Below, in pieces: positions 26,574 through 41,900 of a stretch of DNA of 64,000 nucleotides. This stretch comes from Antedon mediterranea. Its lineage: Eukaryota; Animalia; Echinodermata. The notes below the pieces were generated by a model. It worked only from the letters and a program-made list of their open reading frames with translations, ran no database searches and was not told the DNA's origin. A program made the translations under genes and the position numbers. Positions within the stretch are counted from its first letter, which is position 1. Each line of letters opens with the position of its first letter. The DNA is taken from NCBI RefSeq assembly GCF_964355755.1, contig NC_092679.1:11515432-11579431 (forward strand), given 5' to 3'.

Positions 26574-27859
26574 ATCCCACCGAGAACTAAAAAAACGAAT
26601 CACCATCAAAACGAGTTAATAACACCAATATCGCTCTATTTACGTCACGAGGCAATTACGACTTTCGATGATTATATTTCTTCATAACTTCTCTCAGTAC
26701 CTTCTTTTCTGAAATTGTAATTAATTACGTCTACATCTTTTATGTGTAATTCAAAGTAACAATAAAATAATGCACCGTACCAATTATTAGATTAAGGACG
26801 TTATGTTCAAATGTTAAATGTAACAATACAATACCTTTTGTACACCTCAACCATATTAATGAACATATACTAGTAAGTTAGACATGTTTGATTACAGTTC
26901 AATATTGCAATTGTGCATGTTTTTACCTTATGACAGAATAATGCTGGTTTCCTTGTTGCTATGAGCTAATTGTACCAATTATGATGGAAATTATTACTAC
27001 GATCAGATGTATAGGTAACAGATCACGTGGTGTTTATTGACTGAGCCTATCATGGCTGCTTTAACATTCATGAGGCATTCGTCCAGTTACCCAAGGTAGA
27101 ACCTGTGTCTTAACACTTATTGTTGATCGATTAGTAACTGTTTAGCTACCAGCTTGTTGTATTATATATATTTGTATTAGGATCTATTAGACCCAAATGT
27201 AATGGCGATGGCATACTACAATGAGAGGATCTAAGGATAATGCAGGTAGGCCTAAATGCATTCACCTCCTTGGTGATCCTCCCCTCCTCGATTAAGTGTA
27301 TATTTCTACGAGGAGATTGGAACTTTGCTGTCACACGTTGGCTACACTGATGAGACAGCAACGTTAACATAATTCCTCATTGATTTGTGAAACTGGCAAT
27401 CAAATGTAGAGATGTTATTTGATTTCATAATAGAATACATGCCTATAATGTCAGTGAGCGTTATCTTTGAGGAAATTGTAACGGTTAAATAAATGAACAA
27501 GTTACCCCTTGTATATAGACGGAAAGAAAGATATATTACAAAGGTCAATTTCATACTTGTGCCATTTTCTACACCTATATTTGTGGTTCAAGTTTAAGTT
27601 CATTTTATTTATACAAAGCAAAATTTATTATTAAATGTAGATAATAATATGTAGCAAAAGTGTATGCGTTGTGTCTGGAGAAACCAATAAATTCAAAGAC
27701 CTTTAAGACTGGTTCTACCTGGAAAAAAGAATTCACAAAATACGGATCAGAGTTACCGACGATACACGCACTACACAAGAGACAAAGTATGGATGAAGAC
27801 ACGACAAACAAGGGTCAAAGTGGAGTTTGAAATTGGTAAAATTAGGGTGAAATATTTAA

Positions 27860-28377
27860 AGATGTATTGTCCCTTGAAACACAAAAAAATGAAGGTCAAA
27901 ATATACTAAATTTTAATTGGCCATATCAAGGTAATATTAAAGTTATTCACTTTAAGTCGAAAATTCAAGACAAAAACAACAATTTTACGTAATTAATAGC
28001 TACATTAATTTGATTACATTTCGTCTGGAAAACAAAGTAAACAAAGATTTTAAACCATGAGTATACATGCATGATGCTAATTAGGATTGTTTACAACTTG
28101 TCATGGTTGAGAAGGTGTTTTCACACAGATCGCGATTATGCATACAGAGCAGCCAAATATGCGCATTGCATTATGAGATATGTTTTGATCGAAAACTTTG
28201 ACTGGAAGTCAAAGTTATTTTTTGAACCAAAAAACGTCTGTATTTCAGTTAAATGATTTTTTTCCGACTATTTTTTGGTGAAAGTTAATAACTATTATGA
28301 TACTTAAAAATGACCCACTTTTTTTCGTAATCTTTTTATTTTTATTTTTTGGAATTTGACAAAGGGACAATACATCT
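27860..28377. mobile_element. Kolobok-like MITE, copy 1
   Basis: TTAA|AGATGTATTGTCCCTT...AAGGGACAATACATCT|TTAA: TTAA TSD with AG..CT termini. A second copy is at 49293. Confidence 0.88.
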
Positions 28378-31300
28378 TTAAGTAGTTTTGTATTTTGATA
28401 TTAGCCATGTTTTGTATTTTAATTTAAATGTTATGAAAGTTTGGTCAAGAATAGACTTCTTAAGTGAGTTCCAAAGTAAAGGCCCTGTGTGGTTATCGAA
28501 TAATATTCGATTGTTTTAAAACGTATTCTAATAGTAAATAAAAACAGCACCAACAGAATAAAAAAAAAGGAATACATATCCATATATTGTACCAATTATC
28601 TACTATTTAATGGCATAAATCAGTTTGATATTTGTTGATATTATTTTGGGTGTGATTTACTGGGACTTTACTGTATATATAAGTGATGGGATTAGAAGGG
28701 TGTGGATACTGTTATAAAACAGTTATATTATAATTAATTATAATAGCATCAACGCAAAGCTTAAACTGAGCCACATCGTACCACTTTTATCATTAGCATA
28801 GTCATCATCAAATAAAACAAAACAAATGTTTGAATTGGGTCTCGTCTTACAAATCTCGTATAAATTAAATTAATCACAAATAAAAATCTTCGGAGTTTTT
28901 AGTACCGGTAGTTAAATGCGGTTTTAAAGCATAGTTACTTGTGATTACTATTATTAACTTAGATATTTGTTTCTTATACTCTGTCAATTGACGTACGCTT
29001 TTTACACTTTAATTAGGAAACCCAATTTAATTATTTCTCCATAGTGGAACGATAGACCTAAAGATTATAAGAACAAATTAAAATAATTATACATTATAAA
29101 TCAGAGAAGAGTGCCATTTTTTTGTTTCTTTCTTTGTGTATTTCTTTCTTTCAGGTATTATTTATTTTGAAAATCAACCAAGATAAAAAAGTTAGGATAA
29201 ATGGTATAATAGATTAGTCGTATTCAAAATTTCAGTTATGATTAAAAATGGCTGACTGAATGGTTGAAACCAGGAAGTCGCAAAGTGATTACTCACTGAA
29301 CACGGAACTAACTTCACCGACAGTTGAAAATTTACCGATGAAATTCAAAATTTCGCTTTAAAACCCTTCATGATAGATGCAAACTAACTTATGGTTGTCT
29401 TGCCGGGTGTCCATCAGAATCCGAACTGTCAAAACTCACTGTAACACACAGCCGCTTCTTAAGAAAAATGATCCCTCATAGATTCACAAGTCAAGAGCAA
29501 ACCCACAAAATAACACCACAGACACAGAGAGTGAAAAATTACGAAGGAGAAGAAGAAGAAGATGTGGACTGGATATTTATTATCTCAAATACAGGCACTA
29601 TTAGCTTGCAGGAATATTACGAAATGAACCAACAACATAAATGAATCTGGCATGTAATAAGATCAAACAACGAGCCTGTAAAAATCCTCACTTTCCATTC
29701 TACCAAGCCAAAGAGACGAGGTAGGAAAATAAAATCCATCCCGCAAAGCGTAAAATAGACAGACAGATCGCAGCTCAGAGATAGGTTAAACTATACGAAA
29801 GAAACCGATAGTGGTCTAGTTGAATGCAGGTGTGATTGATGTGAACATCAACATGCAGTGTCTGTAAACGCTAACTGTATACAGTCAATACCATCTAAAA
29901 TGTTGTAGAATATACCTATCGCGGTACACACATGTAACTTAAGGATGAGTAACTGATACGGAGTTGGTAACACGCGTTTTACATTGTGTCTACCTATTCC
30001 AGAAATAAGCATAATTAATATAATTAGATTTATGAAAGGATATACGATTGACGATAAAGATAACATTTTTACTTCTGAATTACGGATAGCTTTAATTAAG
30101 GGCTGATTACAAAATTAGTTTGAATACACTATCAGATCCTACGCGTTCGCGTTATCAGAAATTACAAATAATCACACCAACGTTCGGAAAAAAAAATCAA
30201 AATGATTAAATCTGACAGTTGTCATTATTGCAAAGACATTTAAAGTTATTGCATTCAATAGTGTTAACATTCAGTTGACATGTACGATACATTTTATTAC
30301 AACTTGGTTAAGAATACTATTACATCGTCTGATGTGTAATTGCTTTAAAAAGGAGTCGCAGCACTAACATTTTAACAGAATACATTGAATGACAAGATGT
30401 TTTAATAAAGAATTATAAGTAAAATGGTGGATGCATAATTATCGCGTAGGCGCGCGCATGGTATGCATACATGTATTTAAGTGCAATGAACTAAACCTAA
30501 AGTTAATAGTGATATTATTACTTTTATGCATAGAACAAATCAAACACACTTTACGTTAACATAAATAAAGGTTTAGGGAAACATTCTGTTATAAATTTAC
30601 TGACAAATGGTGTAAATGTAAGGGACTTCTTGAGTGTCTTAAAAGACATTGAAGCAAAACCTTCTGAAAACACAACATGTAACTCATACTAATTAATTTT
30701 GCATCTACTATCAACTACTTACTATGATTCTGTTCTCAAGTGTACTGGGTCCTATGCTATTCATTTTTTTCGGCAGCATGTACTGCTTTCGTTCCTAATT
30801 ATACGATCGACGGACACTATTGCTTTTCAATTGTCCATGCTTCTGAGATTCCAGACCAGACAAATCACTATCCTCATTTAGGTCTACGCTTCTCGTCTGG
30901 TTTTCCACTACTTTTGGCCATTGTGTCTCTGTCATGGGCTTTGTGTTTTGACTAGACAAATGGTAACTTAAAATTGACAGTATAGGCCTAAGACAAAAAT
31001 AAAAAATAAAAATAGCGTTTCATATTCCGCAAGGACGTATGCGCAACGCAAGTGAGTTGACAAATCGCGCCGGCCGTAATGGTCAAATTTCCTTGCGTTG
31101 CGTGGGAAGTACAACCATTATGTATTGACTATTAATTGCCTCTCATTTCTACCATTTTGCTCTATGATCACAGTTTACTAATAATGTATGATCATTAAGA
31201 ATCAGAAAAACTTCAGAATAATTAATCACAATATGACGCTGCCGTCTAATATTGTCGAACAGCGCACTTCACTAATACGATACTATAATCATCATTTCAA

Positions 31301-31489
31301 CGGCGTAAAGCAATTCATTTCAAATAATTACAATTTTAGATTAATAATGCTATTGTGTGTAGGCTTTTGACAATACTTGATACGTCGACTATATCAGAGG
31401 AAATGACAGAAGTGGCGCCGACGAATTGTTAACACGCAAGAGCGCGAGAGCATGAGTGTTAACAACATAGCCGATTTTCGAATTTGTTT

Positions 31490-31589
31490 ACGCGGATCGG
31501 AAGCGTCAGCTTATACGCATGCGTATTCATTTTCCATCTTCAAAATCCCTCTCAACGCATGCATATAAGCTGACGCTTCCAATTCGTAA
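31490..31589. repeat. Inverted repeat/hairpin (arms about 26-35 bp)
   Basis: ggaagcgtcagcttatacgcatgcgt ... acgcatgcatataagctgacgcttcc. Confidence 0.85.
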
Positions 31590-32456
31590 GAAAACATTTA
31601 GCCTAGTGGAAAATAGAACAAATGTTACTTTAAAAAAAAAAGAGGCGATAAGACGGAGATGGTCGCTGCTTGTGCTAAAACCCCGAGAAATGAACCAGTC
31701 AAAATAATACAGCAGATTGTTCGGATTGTCGAAACCTATTTTCCCCCCTTCTAATTAATAAAATACTTTATGGTATCGAAGCTAACACAATATATATTTA
31801 ATTTACGTAAACAGTCTTGGCAGACATAACGTGAGGCAAATGTTCAGACTCAACTGGGATCGATTGTACATTGCTGAGGTGCTATTGTCGATCGATAACC
31901 AATAAACTGCTTTAATAAAGGCATTGTTACCTGAACATAAAAAGAAAATAATAACAGAACATTTTTGAATAGGCTCTATAATTGTCACATAAACTTGAAT
32001 AAAAACTCGATTTGTTATTGTAATTTAAAGTAGAAACAGTGATTATAACACAGTATTTAATAATTTATGTTGTCTTTTTTATAAGCGAGATCATTAGTAG
32101 TTGATCAAGGTGAATAATTCTATTAAAACTATAAAATGACCTATTCACAGTTGTATTTAATTCATCTTTATTTTTCACGTTTTTGACGTTGCTACCTACT
32201 AGATTACTTTAACAAACTAAATGATTATTATTATTTTACTTTTCATAACAAGTGAAATGTCGGATAGTGCAAGCTAAAAAATAAATAAATAAACAAAACC
32301 CGGAAATGAGAAATATTACGACACAGAAAAATCCAAAGCTACCAAAGTACTAATTAAAAATGAAAATGACTACATCACAGCTGTAAATGTATTTTATACA
32401 TTGTATTTACAGTATTTAACTGTTAGCTGTAACAGTACAGCCTATTACTTCGAGTA

Positions 32457-32843
32457 CCGTAAATTTTCTAATAGTAACCCACACTCTAATAGTAACCCCT
32501 TCTAATAGTAACCCACACTCTAATAGTAATTTCCCTTCTAATAGTAACCCACACTCTAATAGTAACCCCCCTTCTAATAGTAACACAATAAGGGTCTCTT
32601 ATTATGCCAATCTTTTCATTACGAAGACTGGTCGTGTATGATGCAGCCGTACTTTGAAAATAAGGAGATAATGCATGTTGATCTCGGGAGTGGGGAGGAT
32701 TGGAGGGTTACTATTTTCAAGTGCCTTATTTAAGATTAGTAATAGTCACCCACTATACTCTAATATTATACTAACCCCGCTTCTAATAGTAACTCACCCT
32801 AAAAAAGAATAATAACCCAGGGTTACAATTAGAAGATTTACGG
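32457..32843. mobile_element. Tc1/mariner(pogo)-type MITE with internal TCTAATAGTAACCC tandem repeats
   Basis: TA|CCGTAAATTTTCTAATAGTAACCC ... GGGTTACAATTAGAAGATTTACGG|TA. Confidence 0.85.
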
Positions 32844-33779
32844 TATGCACATTGGAGGAATAGAAAAGAGTTAATGAAAAGGTTGAAAAGAAATATAGAA
32901 TACTATTGATTGATTAAAGATGTATTTCCTCCCTGACAAAACAATTTTTAAGATAATTATTCAATTATATGTATAATATAAAAATATCGAGAAAAAAAAA
33001 TGAAGCAAAAAAGATGTATTAGTAATAGTTAACGCCAAAACAGAGAGATAGAAAAAAACTCGCTAATAACAGCATAGGAATACAATTTTACTGTAGTATG
33101 CCCGTGAAACCTGGAAAATAAACAAATATATGGCTAGAAGGATAGAGTCATGGTTTTTAAATAGTAAAAGTATCATAGAAAGAAAGAGGTTCTTGAATGT
33201 GGAGATTTTCATATACTGTATATGTAATCAACGGAGTCTGCTAAAAGAGACCACTAATTAAATATCTTGGTCACACAATTAAATTAGGAGGAGAATGCTG
33301 ACACAATATGCAGTAAAGTAGAAGACGTGGCATATCTCTCAGTCTCAACTCATAACTCATCAACAAAAATTTCATTAAAACTGCATATTGAAACTATAAA
33401 CAGGGGAACTCTGGAGAACAATGGTCATCAACGTCTGCATGATAACCGAAGATGAATGATCGATTGAACGAAAACTGCAATACGCAAAAGAAGAAGGGGG
33501 TGGGGAGGAGATGTTACGTGGCACGCTCCGTAAAATCCCGCATCACATTAAAAGCAGTCTACAAGTTTATCGACATCAACAACTCACCGGAATTGTAAAT
33601 TACATAATATCTCTATGATTCACCAAGGAGAAAAAGAAAGATTGACTAGAAGCTAAATAAGCTACATCTCTTTAAATTAGGTTGAAATTATTTTGAAGAA
33701 GCAATCTATATCTATAGGGCTACAATCTTTTATAAAGACTGATCATGTATAAAAATACACAATTCTATTTAATAGTATC

Positions 33780-34760
33780 ATGCTATTTAAACATCCACCC
33801 GAATACTGGAATTTAAGTTTAATTATTCCTATCTTTAAACATTGGTGATAAGAGAGATTTGAACAATTACCGTGGAATCTCCCTTAATTAATACATCTTG
33901 TGTTTCAACATTAATTGCAATGAATGTATCGAGCTATTTGGAAAGTGATGCACTGACGAAAGCAAAGGGTGATTTCAGGAAAAAAAGTATAACTGCTTTA
34001 ACGGGATTCCTGGACTTCCGAGAGGCATTGGATTCCGTCTGGAGAGATGGGCTCCTGAAAGCCAATATAGGAATAAGAGGGCGTTTGTGGAGAATTATTG
34101 ACAACATGTATGCAAATGTAAAAGGAAAAGTAAAAATTGGGGATAATGTAACTAATGAATTTTAAATCGAACAGTTAAAATTCCATTATGTGTTCAAAAT
34201 ATAATTGATAATTGTGGTACACGTGATATTTTTTCTGATATTCGAAATGGTAATGATAACTTTGATGCCCACTGGGCTTCCAATAAAAATATTATGAAAG
34301 ATCTAGATCTCTATCATTGGGTTGAAGAATGAACCAAACTTGAACATTATCTGCTTTATAAAATTGACTTTGAAGGAGCATCGTTAAAATTTAAGCTGCG
34401 GTAAAACCGACTTTCCTTAAAAGATATGGTCAAATGACCCTAATGCTAATGGTTGTTGTAAATTGTGCAACAGAAATGAAGAAGAAACCATTATTCACTT
34501 TCTCATGTAGCACTCTAGTAAGAAAGAAAAAACCAAATCGCTAAATTCAAAATCTATTGGAACTTAATCTTTGTAATTTTTGTGAACATTTTCAAAATTT
34601 AGATTTCATCGACAAAACTCTTCTTATTCGATGCAATGACAATGATTTATTTGATAATGCTATTACATCTTTAATTGACAAATTCTGTAAGTCATTGTCT
34701 AAATATTTATGGAAGAAACGATGTGCTCTTTTAAACTCAATTCAAGTCAATGCTGTTTAG
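33780..34760 (+). mobile_element. Decayed LINE ORF2 remnant (RT N-terminal part plus C-terminal CCHC region)
   Basis: Broken frames give IIPIFK..DLNNYRGISL, FLDFREALDSVWRDGL, GIRGRLWRIIDNMY, and later CKLCNRNEEETIIHFL. Confidence 0.8.
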
Positions 34761-35905
34761 TTATAAATTGTTTTTCAACTTTTGTGTGTCATTTTGATTT
34801 CTGTTTAGTTAATGTTAACAAGTTTTTAAGTATCTTTGTTTAATGCCTTAGTGTTGTGTATTACAACACTAAATGGCCACCTGAATTTAAAAATTAGGAT
34901 TTGTTATCTTTTTTGTAGGTTATCATATTCAACAGAGCGCATCTCCTTTATTTGAGCCTAATTTTCGCTCAAATTTTCAGTATGTCCTTGCTAATTAATT
35001 ATCTTTCTCATACGTTGTCACCATTTTCATTTTGCTGACGTCATCACGCGTAAAGTCTTGAATAACGTAGGTCGTGTAATTTCACCTTTAGCGTATATTT
35101 TAATATCTTACAGCTCTTCATAATTAAAGGTGATCTTGATGATTATAATTTATTATGAAAGCTGATAAAATGTAGATATGAATTCATATAAAAATTACGC
35201 CTATCGGATGTTGTGACGTTATGATTGACATGGCCAGTTAAAGTTTTTTTTTATCTCTTTCATCAAATTTATACAAATTTCTGATATTTTTTTCCTAAAT
35301 TCATTGTCTTTCGAAATTGTTATCTTGTTCAAGTTTATATTGATAATGTCATCATACCAAATAAATTAGAACATGATATGGGTCCCGTAATTTCACCTAT
35401 ACTACACTGTACGGTCGTAAATTAACGTACGTGCATGTTTTTAAAAATTAAATGTCAGTAAAATTATAAAAATGATCAAAGTGACGAATTAAATTCTAGT
35501 TTTATTTATTTTTGTTTTGTATTTCACATTACATTCTATTATTTTTACATTTACAGTTATTTTGATTTATTTTTAAGTTAATAGTTTTATCTATTCTTGC
35601 ATGCTGTATTTTACACAACATTTATTTTGTTTCATTTTAAGTTGTTATTTGGACGCACCTTTATCATGTGTGCCACCATTGTAAAAGTAAAGTTTCCAAT
35701 AAAGTATTATTATTTTTATACAACAAGACAGACCTCACTATACAAAGTATGTATCTCCCATTTCTAGATTTGCACAGATATATTACATATTTATTACACT
35801 ACTGATTCTAGATTTTAAAAGAATAAATTGTTGTGAAAATGCATAAATATAAGTATTTAAATGAATCAGTACCTACATCAAATCAATAAATAAATCATTT
35901 AAAAG

Positions 35906-38900
35906 TTAGTTTGTTTTAGTTAAAGGAGGAATACATATACAATTAATACCATCAAGTAATTGTTGTAATTCGTCATGGTGATTAGACATTAATGTATTTA
36001 TCAATTCCTTTCTTTCGTTTACTTTTAATTCTAGTCTACTTATTTCATCCTTTATTCCAAGAATCCTTTCACTGGTTCCCAACAATTTTGATTCAACTAA
36101 ACTTGATCCAGTTTTATTTTGTTTGTAAAGGAACCTTTGATGGTGAACACTCCTATGGACAATGCTTTTAGATTGGTAACCATTTATTTCTCCATCCGTT
36201 TCCTGCTGAATTTGAGTCAATTTCTTGGAAGGTATTGACAATCTGCTGTTATCCAAGACCTATTGAACATAATTACATCATTAGAAAAAACACATATAAA
36301 ATATAAAAAAGTTAATAAATCACTGACCTCTCAACTTGGAAAAATGAAACGTCGGGAGGATTTTCGAAAGAATGTAAAAACTATAGAGGGAGCAATAATA
36401 TTTTGGAAAGTAATAGGTAATTGGAGGTAATTTAAAATTAGGGGGCTATCAAAAAATAGAAAGATATTGGCATCTATAATAGTAAACACATCGGGAGACT
36501 TCAGCCATTATCAAGAGATTTGGGAGGTCTGGACAGTATATAAGGGAACACTTTGTTGTGTTTATAACCTGTCCCATTAGAGCATACAGTGTTTATAAAC
36601 TTATTATATGTATACGACACAAGTCATTTATTTGGAAATTACCATAAGTAAGTAAGTAAGTACCATAAGTAAATCACACAAGCTATGATATGGTCTGTAC
36701 ATAATTCAACCCATTGTTATAAGCATTTAAAATTAAAACGTAGGTAATCTATTTTTCCATTTTGATTTCAAATTAAGCTAAACATAATACAACAACAGTC
36801 TCTTGAAATGTTCCAACAACAGTCTCTTGAAATGTTCCAACAACAGTCTCTTGAAATGTTCCAACAACAGTCTCTTGAAATGTTCCAACAACAGTCTCTT
36901 GAAATGTTCCAACAACAGTCTCTTGAAATGATCCAACAACAGTCTCTTGAAATGTTCCAACAACAGTCTCTTGAAATGTTCCAACAACAGTCTCTTGAAA
37001 TGTTCCAACAACAGTCTCTTGAAATGTTCCAACAACAGTCTCTTGAAATGTTCCAACAACAGTCTCTTGAAATGTTCCAACAACAGTCTCTTGAAATGTT
37101 CCAACAACAGTCTCTTGAAATGTTCCAACAACAGTCTCTTGAAATGTTCCAACAACAGTCTCTTGAAATGTTCCAACAACAGTCTCTTGAAATGTTCCAA
37201 CAACAGTCTCTTGAAATGTTCCAACAACAGTCTCTTGAAATGTTCCAACAACAGTCTCTTGAAATGTTCCAACAACAGTCTCTTGAAATGTTCCAACAAC
37301 AGTCTCTTGAAATGTTCCAACAACAGTCTCTTGAAATGTTCCAACAACAGTCTCTTGAAATGTTCCAACAACAGTCTCTTGAAATGTTCCAACAACAGTC
37401 TCTTGAAATGTTCCAAAAAGGAATGTATTCATAATCAATGCTTTTATACATTTTTTGTATTAATAATTCAGACCTATTTTGTTGATTATATCACTGTAAT
37501 GAGAATCATGTTTATATGAGACCTTATTTATTATTATCTGTTTGAGAGAAGAAACTTACCAAGGCTTTTACCATGTCATTCAAATGTATTAACTTGCATT
37601 GTTCTAAAGATGATAATAACTGACAGTTTAATTTGCGAAGTTGTTGAATTCTTCCTTTCCTACTATCATTATGAACAGTTGGAACATGTATGGCTGGAGT
37701 AAATACTTGCAAACCGTCTGAAGCAGTATTATTTTGCAATTTCAAATTAACAACACTCACCTTCAAATTATGAAGAAAATAAAGACTGGTAAATTATATA
37801 CCTTACAAAATTTAAAGAATTAAAAAATAATTAGCTTTTTAAACAAAAATAATGTTTCGTACACAGTTAAATTTAACCAGAAACTCAATGGACTTTGAGA
37901 GAATTGGTTGACATTTATGTTTTTTTATCACTGATTTATCAAGTAATTATTTTTTTCATTCATTTATTCTTTATTTTGTAATCTTTTTTTTTTCTTTTGT
38001 GGGTGCAGCCCACTTTTATTTACTTATTTTGTAATCCAATGTATAACAGTAGAAAATATAACATTACATAAAGCAAAAACAGTGCGCATTCATTGATGAG
38101 CCATAAAGGGCATTTCTCATAATGCACATTTCTCATAATGCACATTTCTCATAATGCACATAACTAAAACATTATTAGAGTGTTTAATTCTTAGTGAGAA
38201 ACCATTGTCTGATGTTTTCTTTGAAAGATAAGAAACCATTACGACAAACAATTATGTGACATTAAAATGGCATAATAAAAAAGATGTTGCATCAGGGGGA
38301 TATATCTTTAATTTAAGTGTGATGTTAAATTAATAAATATTGGATCCAGATAATAATATTTCAAAAGTAAAATAATAAATTATATTTGTTACTGTTTCCA
38401 AGTACTAAAGACACAGTACAAACATTAATAACAATGTGTGCTTCAAAGTACTGTATACAGTGGAGACAATAAACAAAAAAATATAAAAACTATTAAAATT
38501 TGTACTTGTACTCCGTCAAACAGGTACGACAAGCAAAATTATACAAATGCATTAATAATAGTCTTACCATCCAGCTCCAAAATACAGATTCATTTTCCTT
38601 CCATTTTAAATATGATTCTAACTTACAATTTGTTCTCTCTAAAATCAACTGCACCTACAAAATTGAAATAATTTTTTTTTTAATTACAAAAACGTTGTGG
38701 CCAGCCACAGTGAAGGAAAACAGATAAATATTCAATATATCATTATTTATCCCTCATGGGGCAATTAAATTAGATTATTTTAAGTTTATAAATATATAAT
38801 ACAACAAATTATAAAATGTTAGTTTTCTAAAAAGTTAAGTTTAAAATAGTAGAGAGCTTTTGCTATCTAAATTGGGAAACGGTATACCGAGAAAAACTCA

Positions 38901-41900
38901 ACTTATTGTGTATGACGTCACTGGTTAAGGGTTTTTTGTTAACTTCGTGGATCAAACACTTGTTTTCGTCCGATGAATCGTAATTGAAATATAGTTTGTC
39001 TGATGTAATTATTGTGAGATATTTGATAAAATTCATTCAATACTTGCATAGAAAAACACAAAAAAAAAACATTAATCTTTTATTTTTAAGCCTAATTAAA
39101 TAGGGCAATACAGTACTTGTAGTAGCCTAGGTTGCTGGGTCTGCACGACCCTGTGCCATTAAGAGTGTAGCAGTGTACACAGAACAGGAAAATGTCTTGC
39201 TGTACCAATTTCCCATTAAGATAGAGAAAGCTCCCAAAAATAAAATTTAAAAATATAATTATTATAATATATAAAAAGCATTTGTTTTTGTTTAAATGAA
39301 AAGAAATAATGCAGACAAAATAATATTTACAATTTAACAAATTAAAAAAAATCTGAAAATATAAACTACAAATTAATACTGCAAAGGATTGCAATTCATT
39401 AACCAATTGCCATGACCATGAGTGAGAATAATCAGTGATTACTTGTCATCAACTTAGTTAAATATAGTGATGTGGGTTTCGTCATTGATTTGACCTTTAA
39501 AAATTAATTCTACGACAAGGGAATTTCATTCTTCCCTGTTTACAACAGTCATATTCTTAATTACTTCATTGTTGGCCCTAAGGTGTAGTTAAATCAGGGA
39601 GATGGTTAAAGGGAGACCTCAACGCATACTCTCCAAGAGTTTAATTAACACGTATACATGGTTTCTCAACAATAAATAAAATGTACCTGCAATACTAATG
39701 TCTAAAGCATAGGATAATGTGGGATAGTATACAAATAATGAATGTTTATGGGTGTAATGGAGTAATAGTTCATGAGGAAGTGAAAGATGAATGGTTATAT
39801 TCATGTTAGCACCTACATTCCTCATTACCATAATAATGGTTATACAATTTTTAAATAGTATTTTTCACCTACAAAAACTCATAAAGACAACTTCATATTC
39901 ATGATCTAAACACAGGGTAAACAGATTTACAGGGACTCACAATGTCAAAGATATTGACATTTTATTATCTGTTTATTTTTAGAGTCAAGAAAATCCCTCT
40001 TGTAGTAATACTGTATTTATTTAGTGATTGGGTTGCTCAGCACAACTAAACAATTAACAGTTTAACGTTATTACTAACACTATACAGAACACTAAAAAAA
40101 AGTAAGAAAAGAATAGAGGGCAGTATTATTGTTTTGCTGAAAAACTTTGTCCTTATTATGGCTGAATGTGAATGGGTCTTATTGAAGTTTCTTGTCGATG
40201 TGATTGTGAATGGTATAGCATTTCACAGATCCTCTAGTACATATTTCTCTAGAGTTTCATCCAGAAGGTTAATCCCCTAAACTGAGCAGTTCATACATGA
40301 ATGTTAGGAACAACGGAAGGTCAGCCATAGCCAAATGTCTGCTGCTATAATAATAAATAAAGGGCAACTTGTTCCCTGAGGCTACTTAAAAAGGCTACTT
40401 AGGGCCTGTTCAGACCTACGGAGTTATGCTTTCGTATTGTACGCGGCGTACAAGTCCATAGGTCTGAACCAGGAAAAGATTAGTGGAAGCCACCTCGTAC
40501 GACACTGATATTTCGTACGCTACGAAAGCTCAAGGTATGAGTTTAGTGGACGTCGCTTACAATACGAAAGTCACGCATCGATGAATATGACCTAGGTTAG
40601 ATATCTAGCCAATCAAATTACAATATTCGCCACATCACATCGTGACATGTGCTCCTCATCGTATAGCCAAGCTGATCCATTTGTTGTGATCGGTGAACGT
40701 GCGAAAAAATCATACCTTTTGTTTGTTGTTACACTAGGTATACAGTATTATTATTATTAATATTATTATATTAATTAATTTAAAATGTCATCGAAGCGTG
40801 CGCATTGGCGAGAAACCGAAGTAAAATACCTTATTTCATTGTGGGGAAGCCCTGAGTTTAGAGATCGGTTGGAAGTGAAAAACTGGCGTAAAAGCACCGG
40901 CAACAAGATGTCTGTGTTCAACGAGATGGCGGACACGTTAGCAAATGGGCCATCCTCATAATAAAGAAGGATTTAAATTATATCTAAACGAAATTGAAGG
41001 GGTCGTCGTATAAAGCGGCGAAAGACCGAGTAAATAAGTCTGGAGCCGGTGCAAGTACGGGATTTGAACATTTTTCTGCTATAAATGATATTTTAGGCCT
41101 AGACCAAATATAAACCCAAACCCCAAAACGATCGGCTGGTTGGTATGCCTGACAACCCATCGATAATGCCGAGCCCAAGTGTTCGGTCTAGGCCTGTAAC
41201 TCCTACCCCAACCACTACTACTTTTAATAACAACGAAGGTAGGTCTATACGTGCGTTAGAGTTTGGTTAATCGCCAGCGAGTGACATCATATCCGTTTGT
41301 AACGCAACTTCGTTGTAATGAATCTGAACACTTTGCTCTTACGACGCTCATTAAAATATGACCTTGGCTGTGATACGAAAGCATAACTCCGTAGGTCTGA
41401 ACATACCCCAACCGACCAAGGTCCTCAAGTAGCCATTTCAAGTAGCCTTTCCTGGTGGTTTAGTAATTACACAGAATCCATTTCTGTTTTTACAACAACT
41501 GTGTTGATTTAGCTTGTTGTATAAATGGCCACTTAGGTCGTGTTTATACAACACCCTAAATTTGAACACGGCTTTAATTTTTAGCGCGTTGTTCGGACCG
41601 AGGTCAACCCACCTTAACGTTTGCTGTTATACTAGAAATCACGATACCGTGTTGTACCGGAAGTTTCATCAACACGCAGTGCATGCTACTACTAGGATAA
41701 AAGGTCAAATCGTTCGCTTGAATTGGCTGGGTTGTCAACAATCATCGTCGCCTCCTCGCTGTCCGATGTATTCGCGCGGTTTTTACCATTTTCATTATTG
41801 TATTCGTTCACGTTTGCATTGTTGTTTATTTTGTTCTCGGTTCATTAAAATTAATAAAAGTTATTTTAAGGGTTTCATTGTTTCATCTATACACTATGGA

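Noticed and set aside
36768-37519. Five overlapping ~200-aa repetitive ORFs
   Set aside because: Artefact of a stop-free 24-bp repeat inside TEDC1 intron 5.
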